Source: the human T2T-CHM13v2.0 reference genome, Homo sapiens
Assembly: GCF_009914755.1 (NCBI RefSeq)
Contig: NC_060934.1
Length of the DNA stretch: 64,000 nt
Strand: one strand, 5' to 3'
The notes beneath the pieces are model-generated. The model was given only the letters and a program-made list of their open reading frames with translations. It did no database searches and was not told the origin of the DNA. Shown here one piece after another: positions 56,001-64,000 of the stretch (positions within the stretch are counted from its first letter, which is position 1; each line of letters starts with the position of its first letter). Both the position numbers and the translations under genes were made by a program.

Positions 56001-59000
56001 CCTTCTTGTATTATATTTATACCCGAAATAAAAGTCATGTGTAATTTAAAATTAGCTACAGTAGTTTGCAAAAGGCTGCATGTAATTGTGCAGGTTTAAA
56101 CAATTAGTAAATTGAAAGGTTGGTGTGAGCAATCACACATGTACTTTAGCTAAAGCTGGTTCCAAGTGCAAGTCTAAAGGTCTGCTTCTCTTCTACCACA
56201 GGATTAATTTGTTTGTGCCAGAGTTACTGATGCTTTGTGACTAGAATCATGTCAGGCAGGTCTCAGCAGGTCTGAATCAGTATGGCCCTACGTTGCCACT
56301 GCATCATAATTTTAATTGTCCCTTTCTATTACATTTAGCAATCAGATAGCAGGCAAGACTGAAATAACAAGAATAAACTTCTAAAGAGAGAGAAAGGTCC
56401 ATTTTACAAAATTATAGTGGGAAGAAATCGTACTGATTGGAATCTACTTCTATATTTATGTGCATGTGTATGTTGCTAGACATTCATTTTTTACATTTAA
56501 TAGTACTAGAACACAGCTACTTGTGAAAAAGCCGAGGCCCATACCATCCTGATGTCTTTTGAGAGAGCTGGGACTCTTGCCCAGGACCATCTGAAGTGGA
56601 AACAAAACCAAGATGATCATAAAATGACACTCTATGCACTGATTCTAGCCTACCATATTGAACATTTCAGTCTTGCCAGAAATAAAATCCTTTTGTGATG
56701 AATCCTTATCGGTCACAATTTGCCTTACTTTTATGACACCTTTTATTTTGATTTTTGTCTTTCCTAAACTAGTCCTTCCCCTCTGAAGTTCTTTTGGTCA
56801 ACACAGTCTGGCCTTCCATCTCCTCCTGAGTTCAACAGAAGACAACTATCATAATAGCACATGACTCAACCGATCCACAGTAATGGGCCACACCTCCATA
56901 GAGGGGTGCACCGAGCAGGCAGCCCCTGTTGTTAGAAGGCAGGTTTTCAGAACTGTGTGAGCACTTTTAATATATTACCATTCCTCTGGGAACCAGCTAC
57001 TTCTCTTCCCACTTCACAAAACACATAATGGGACTTTGTGTTTCAATTTAACATCCCTTGAAAACGGAAATTTTTCCCCTTATAAGAAAAAAAATAGAGT
57101 AAAGAGGGAAACGAAAGGAAAGAGAGAAATGAATTAGGCAGTCTCCAAAGCACACTGGCTCAACTGGGAAACTGCGACCAAAGCAAGCTCCATAATAGTA
57201 TAATGACCTTTAATGAGTGTCTTGGGAAACAATACAGCCCTAGCATAAAAGACAAAGGGCAAAACTCATCATGGCTCTGCTGACACTAATTCAAAATGAT
57301 TTTCAGAACAACTAAAGAATGTAAGAGAAGTAATCTGATCCGCCCATCTGACCTCACTTTGATTCAAGGGCCCTTCTCCTGCCATTTCTAATTGTCAAAC
57401 CCTCTACATTTCACATCTGTTCATATTTAATGAAAAGCCCACTCTCACCACTGCTCTTGAGTCAACTTGCTCTGTCAAATGGGCACCACCCAACTCCACC
57501 ACCAGCGAGGGATGCCTGGGGATTGCTATTGGAGCACTGCCAGTGGAATTTCACATAGAGACAGACATTTTTATAATTGGAGAAGAAGGGCTTATGCAGG
57601 CCCAAAAAGGGGCTCAAATTGGAATGGATTTTTCTAACTTATTATTAATGGTCAAAGGTGAGTGGTCTCACACAGGGATGGATGAAATCTGCTTTTGTTT
57701 GATGGAGTGATGACGGCAGGACGACTGATGAAACGGAGAAGGCAAATCGCCCCCTGAGCTGTCAATACCAGTTAAGGCTTCAACACGCAGCCCAAAGCTC
57801 CACGTGTTCCCTGGTGGGGGCTGATTTTGGAGGCAAGGGAGGGACAACATGCCACTCACAGAATGTTTCTTAGAGAATGGGACAATCCCACCCCAAGGTT
57901 TTCTTCTCCCTGGTCTCCATCAATGGTTGGATTAAATTGCACAGCTGAGAAATCCCTCTAATTAAGATTTCTCTTGGATATAATGGAAATTACACACACT
58001 GGGCACCATGGGGTCTACATGGGGGACACAGAGTGTGCTGTGATTGGTATTGTTGGCCAGTGCCAAGACATGACCAAGGGGCCCTAGCTCAGAGCCAGAG
58101 TGGCTCCTTTCTTTTCTCCACTGAGTCTAGGCTAAGGTTTTAGAGCCTCATGATTATTTGAGAACAGAAGTTGTGCATTAGGCAGAAGAGTAACCCGGGG
58201 GCTTGTGGTTACTTTCACCACCATCAGTCAAAGAGATGTGACCAATTCATGCCACCTCAGGCCCTCCTCTGCTCTTCCTCCCCAGCACCTATCTTTGAAC
58301 TTGGTGTCTTGCTGCACATCGTAGACAGACAAGTTCTCTGTGCAGCTGTGCCCTAGCTTATCTCTGTAATGGCATGCAAACTACAGATAACTCTTCAGGG
58401 GAAAATAAAGTGATAAGGATTCATATGGTAGCATCTAAGGATTGTAACAGAAATCTTTCCAAGATTTTAGGCCCATATGGCAGTCCACACTCCCTCTCAA
58501 TGCAACCTCCATTAGGTATTACTTTGAAGTGAATCCTGTCCCTTGGCACTGCTCTGGAGCAGCAGGAAATCGTGAATCAGAGAGAATGACTCTCTGGTCC
58601 TAGATCAAAGTTTTCCAAATGCCTCTAATATGGCTCGATGCACAAATCATGCTTTGCACTTGAACTTTGGGCCCAAACATAAGCACCTGGCATGGCACAC
58701 AGTGAAGTCCCGGTTCCCTGAGCCCTAGAGGCCTCATGGATCCCGGCTACACAGCCGCACTCTGCTGGGACCAGCCTCAACACCAGCACAGGGGAGTCAA
58801 GCCAGTTCATTTTCCATGGGAATAAATGCTTAAGAGCTCAGTGATCTTCTTCCTCCTGTCGTCAGTGTACACCTACCCCTGCTAGGAAAGTGTAGCTCAA
58901 CCAGCTCTGAGCACTTGGAAGGTGAGAGGACAGGGAGCAAGAGGTTAGCAATATATGTGTTGGCTGCTTTAAAGAGGAAGGGAGGAAGTGCAGAAACGAG

Positions 59001-59598
59001 AACCATCTCCTACCTTCTATGCTACCAAAACATGAAAACAAAGTTATAGTTATACTTCAAGTAAAGTCCTCCAGTGGAACCACAGCCTTTTCTGCACTTG
59101 GACCAAGACCCACAGTCCCAGGGTCTCAAACTGGAGCTTTCAGGAACTTCACTTATGAACCGTATCAGGAAAACAGCAAAGTCCATGGGGAAGCAAGGAT
59201 AAGGGAGGTCTCAGGAAACTGGCACATCTCAGCCTTGCCAGCTACCAGCTGCATAGCCTTGACAGGTTCTTTAACATCTCTGAGCTTGTGGATGACAAAG
59301 AAGACTGACATCAGAGGCCTGTGCTATGGACTCAGGGATATCACAGAGGTTTCTGACTTAAATTTTTTGTTGGCATTTGGAATCACAATTGCTGCAAGAT
59401 ACCTTAGTTAAACAGGGGCTATACTATTGGAAAAATAAAAGATATTAATGGAACAGTCCTTCAAAATAGTCATCATTCTGAGAAAAAGCTCTGTAATCCA
59501 CTAGCCCAGTGCAGGCTGACAGACATAGAAAACTCGTTTCCAGAACAAAAGACAAAATCTGGCACTGGAGGAATGAGGCACAGGTTAGAGAGACATAG

Positions 59599-59605
59599 TA
59601 AAAAG

Positions 59606-59639
<34 letters not shown>

Positions 59640-59644
59640 TATAT
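59599..59644. repeat. Poly(A) plus (TA)n compound microsatellite
   Basis: Direct observation, about 500 nt downstream of STREX. Confidence 0.9.
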
Positions 59645-60149
59645 CCATCTGCATCAAAACTCTGTTGTATTTTGGAAACTATCTAAGAAACTATCTAAGC
59701 TCACTAAAAGCAATTCAATGCTAGAGCTGGCTTGTTCTCGCTACACCCTTTCCTTCCTCCCTTTGATACAATTCAATTTACAGCCATTTCAAAAATATTA
59801 ACATGTACACTTCTGCATATCTCTGTATTAATACAGTAGGTGATATGCTGTCACTTTAATTTCCATTTATATTTATTTAAAGGAGAGAGAGGAAAGATAT
59901 CACCAGACTGTAATATCACAGTCCTGCATGCTGTTACGAGAAGTGTAAGTTAAGAAAATCAGAAGGGAGGCCTTCCTAGGCACGTACACAGAGACATAGG
60001 CAGCTGGGGCAACATGTCAGCACACAGGAGTTCACACTGGGAAGAAGACATCAGCCCGACTGACTCAGAACCACAGGGCACAGCACAAGACAGGGATGAT
60101 ACCACAGACAGCACAAACATGGAACTACGTGTGTTGAGGTTAAACTTAC

Positions 60150-60323
60150 AGGCACGGAAACTGGTGGAGCAATCATTAACAGAGACAGAAGAAAGTGGGA
60201 AGGCTCTCTCAAGGGTGTCCACGTTACCACGCACACGGCCTGACATGCATGAGCAGTCACGCTCAGAACGTCCGCAATCAAAACAACATGCCCGTCTCAT
60301 TCTCTTGTAGATGGACATCTTGG
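60150..60323 (-). CDS. KCNMA1: STREX (stress-axis regulated) cassette exon, 174 nt: (P)KMSIYKRMRRACCFDCGRSERDCSCMSGRVRGNVDTLERAFPLSSVSVNDCSTSFRA(F)
   Basis: Acceptor ggttatag|CC and donor GCCT|gtaagt; phase 1-1; length divisible by 3; Cys-rich peptide matches known STREX (palmitoylated CC pair, CSC motif, N-terminal PKA serine). Confidence 0.98.
60225..60230 (-). promoter_or_regulatory. CaRRE2-like exonic element GTGGTA in STREX
   Basis: Matches RTGGTA; only a hexamer, so support is modest. Confidence 0.55.
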
Positions 60324-60325
60324 CT

Positions 60326-60336
60326 ATAACCGTGTG
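60326..60336 (-). promoter_or_regulatory. CaRRE1 (CaMKIV-responsive RNA element, hnRNP L site) in the STREX 3' splice site
   Basis: CACACGGTTAT between the pyrimidine tract and the AG fits the CACAYNNTTAT consensus and the known position of CaRRE1. Confidence 0.85.
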
Positions 60337-62954
60337 GTTGGATGGGAGGAGAGGAAGAGCGGCAATTAATGGCAAGGTCACACACAGCAAGGCAGCTGGA
60401 AGGGAGCTGAAGGGATTTAACACAGGTCTTAGTTCACTTTAACAGTCTTGACCCAGAAAAAAATGCAGAGTGATTGTTGGTAACAGTTTGGTTGTACATC
60501 AAAAAAGCAGCGAAAATATAAATTGCCTTTATCGTCTCCCAAGGCTGTTGCACATGATTTTTCTCCCCTAGGTAAAGCGGTGACCACAGGAAAAGGGCAT
60601 GGCTGAATACACTCGGGTTCTCAAATGGGAAGAAGAGCAAATTATCGACAGCAAAAAACGTAACCAACACTTTTCCCCTGATATGATTAATACAGGAGGA
60701 CAAAATATACACACTGCCAATCAATGAAATTAGCTGCTTATTTGGTATAATAAATGGTTTTTGCAAGATGCAAAAATATCTAATATGTAGGCTTTCTAAT
60801 TTCCATCCATTTCTGGGCATTAGGCAGAGGCTGGGACAAGCTTTCATCAAATTAGATGTGAAACGATTACGTGTTAATACAGTATCTAAGGATGCCTTTG
60901 CTGAACTTCCCGAGAGTGAGTTTATATGATGGCTACAGGAATTTAAATTTACTCTTGACAGAACAAATATCCAAATCTGTCCATATAAGAAATGCAGCTA
61001 CTCAAGACTAACGCTGCAGATTTGACATTAAAGGCAGTTCACAAATAAGAAATCACCAAAAGCATATGAGATGTTGCTCTATTGGAATGCATTTAGCTAC
61101 TCATGGGTGTATTTTCTGCTTAAAGCTGAGAGGATCTGAAAATCGCATCTGCCTTTCTCTCCCCACCAAATAGAAATTCAGGAAGCAATCAGGCTATTGG
61201 TTAATCATATTATTTCTTTTTTCCTTATACAGAAAATATTCGCCAAAATCGATTAAAACTGACAAAACATGAAATAGAAGAATAGGTTCCACGTGAAATA
61301 TCTTAATGCAATTTGCATGCAGCATTGATAGCTCTTCTAAAGCTGGTATGGTAGGTTCTGCACTGCCTGGGGATCCAAACTGAGTGGTAACCTATAAAAG
61401 TTGTTGGAAGTCAGCATCGTAGTTTCCAATGCCCTTCACCTTTGCCTTTCAAGCCAATTTATATTTCAGTACAAGAGAAGGTTTTTGTACCTCATTTTGA
61501 TGCTACAACAGGCAAACATGTTTGCTTATCACTTATCATGAACTGGCCTGCTTCTCTCACGAGGTGGGAGAAGAATTCACATTTATTCTAAGCATTACTG
61601 CCAAATGGTAAACCTAAACTGAGGAGGTGTTATTCCCTGCACCCACACCTTCCATTTTGAAAGTCATTTCCCCCACTCTTTCTTTTTCTTTGTAGAGAAT
61701 GGTTGCACTCTTATTTTAAAATATGGCTTGTGGTTTTGCCCTCTTTGAATGTTACAGTCACCAGGAAGAGGGGTTTAAATCTCTCAAATGGGTCAAGTCC
61801 TGTTCTAAGACCTTTATGACTTGCCATACAGTATATTTGTCAAGCAAGGGTAACGTTATGATTGTGAAGAACAGGCACTGGGGGAGATGAATGAGAGATC
61901 TCTTCAGCAGCAACTCCATTCTTGTAAACTTGGCTCACATTTTTAGTGACATGTTCTTTTAGTGTCCTAGCTAGTCTGTTGTTCAGATCATCATGCAGCC
62001 CCAGCCCTGTTCAATGGTGGTATATCATTCCTTTGAGCTTTAGCTTTTACCAAAAAAAATAAAAAATAAAAAAGTTCCACTATAGCATTTGAATCAGAGG
62101 AATTTAGAAGGCATGGTGTGAATGCCCAGACATCCCAAACAAACAGCAACGGCTGAAGTCAAGAAAGGGAAAAAAGTCTTCAATTAAAGACATGAACATA
62201 AATTTATCTTAAATGCATCCGGATCTGGCATACAATCTGCAGACATTCCCTTGTTTTCTCTTTCTTATTTCTTTTACTGGTAATATTGATTTGTTATTTA
62301 CACAGAAGAGGGAAACAAGGATGATTTTTTTGCTTCACCGTAGATAAATCATTTTGAAAAACAATTTTTTTAATCAAATGCTGTAGCAGAAGAGAAGCCC
62401 ATCAAACTCTGGAATGCTATGCTTCTCATTAGCAACGGTCCCTGGTTTTCATTTCCATACTGCCATTTTGGGTTTATGTACAATAATAGAATCTGACACA
62501 TTTGTGGAGAAAGAAAGTTCTTATAAATATACCGTCTTTAAGGATAAGGGGAGGGATGATGGGGATGAAATAACTTTTGAAACTATTTGTTCAGAGGCAA
62601 ACAGATCAGAATGGGTGATGTAAACCTCCTCCTTGATATGAGTTCAGGAGGAAACACAGTGACAAACCAGTGGCTCTCAGGGACTGTTTGCAACTGTTAT
62701 TGTTAGCCGTTCTGGCGACCATGCATTGTTCTAAAATTTCTTATTGTTAGCATGCAGGAACAGGCTGAAACTGGTAATCGAAGCAGCAAAAAACCATGTG
62801 CTATAAGAAGATTAACTGTTAATTATAAGCAGTCACATTCCAAAGCAGCATATGCATAAAAAAGAAAACATGCTATTACTTGTCATTCCTTCCCAATCAT
62901 TTTTACACTCACACCAAATGCAAAATAGAAATCTCAAAAGACAAACAAGTGCCA

Positions 62955-62955
<1 letters not shown>

Positions 62956-62991
<36 letters not shown>
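62956..62991. repeat. (CA)n microsatellite, read as (UG)n in the pre-mRNA
   Basis: Direct observation. Confidence 0.95.
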
Positions 62992-62995
<4 letters not shown>

Positions 62996-64000
62996 CAGCA
63001 AGAACGATCAATGAGAGGCTCAAAGACAAGACAGAAACAGTTAAAAACTATTGAGCCCCACATGTTGACAAACCTTCATGAATCAGAATGTCTAGATCAA
63101 GGTGCCACCAACTGGGAAGGTGGCTCTTTTTCGCTACTGCTGGCATAGTCCATTTCCATTGACTCCCTGTCAGGTATCTTCACCTAGAGACTTCTGGGTC
63201 CACTTTCTTAAAAGGTAAGACCTCCCATCTGGTGGAGCGATTCATCAGGCTTGAAGGATATGAGTACTGGCCAGGAAGAGCTCTCCTCTGGGCCATTATA
63301 CAAATCATGAACAAACTCTTTAACTAAAAGCTGATGAGGAGTTGTCTCCCTGGTGGTAGATGTTCCAGAAGAATTGAACACTCTCTGTGTAAAATTATAC
63401 TCTTAAGTTGTAAAATTAAATTATATCAAAGTTAAGTCATGGACCTCCTAATTTGGAAATTACCACCCCTCATCTCTCTCAACTCTCTCTGGCTTCCTAA
63501 CCCTTCAATTTTGTTACAGTGAATCATGGATATTCAGAACCACTGGTGTTTTGTTTCCATTTCTCAGTGACTGTTTCCTTTTCTAGAGCTGATTTAGGTT
63601 AGAAGGTTAATTTTAGATATGAAGAGTTCCACTTTAAATTCCCAAGGTTAGGTCTCAAAGTGCAACTTTGAAAATTTCAGGATTTATTTCAAACAGAAGT
63701 AAGTTTCTTATCTACTCCCTGGCCACACAAAGCATCCTCTCTCCTTTGGTGTTTGCTAATTTTCTTTCTTACATAGTCACCCATTGTTCCCTTCCCAAAT
63801 CCCAATTCTCAGACAAGGTTTTCCCCAGGATGTCAATGGTAATACAAAGTAGATCTATGAGGACATCTAGTGGATCAATGTGGAAGAGCAGCTAGTTCAT
63901 GGGCAGTTGGAACTAGCCTTTCTCCAAAAGGAGCAGAAAGAGGACCCTGCTGTCTCTGAGAATTGAAATATATGCAGTGTCATTTCAATTCAATGGCTTC

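Noticed and set aside
60014-60310. 98-aa + strand ORF antisense to STREX
   Set aside because: Shadow ORF of a coding exon and CA-rich flank; no independent gene signals
61491-61502. 12-nt exon-like unit tgttgtag|CATCAAAATGAG|gtacaa
   Set aside because: Weak donor and in-frame stop; not distinguishable from chance
60324-64000. The known 9-nt IYF micro-exon upstream of STREX
   Set aside because: No AG/GT-flanked 9-mer encoding it was found by eye; it probably lies beyond the window

Overview
Eukaryotic (human or great-ape) genomic DNA lying entirely inside KCNMA1 (Slo1/BK large-conductance Ca2+-activated K+ channel alpha subunit), transcribed on the minus strand. It covers the alternatively spliced 'site C2' in the RCK1-RCK2 linker and the start of RCK2. 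In transcription order I can place six coding exons with GT-AG boundaries and consistent phases: STREX cassette (60323-60150, 174 nt), e22-type cassette (33329-33243, 87 nt), then exons of 94 nt (28824-28731), 124 nt (12681-12558), 225 nt (8123-7899) and 193 nt (3724-3532). The rest is intron: Alus, a rearranged Tigger1, MLT1 LTRs, MER5/MER58, MIR/L2 remnants, microsatellites, a strong CTCF motif and several local duplications. Almost all other ORFs in the track are noise. I see no wholly new biological system. The best leads are candidate unannotated exons between STREX and e22 (a possible terminal exon whose stop codon sits inside AATAAA, and poison micro-exons), candidate antisense lncRNA exons, Alu-bracketed exons that could circularise, and a ~192-bp dispersed duplication. 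Repeat subfamily names come from recalled consensus sequences and need RepeatMasker/Dfam confirmation.
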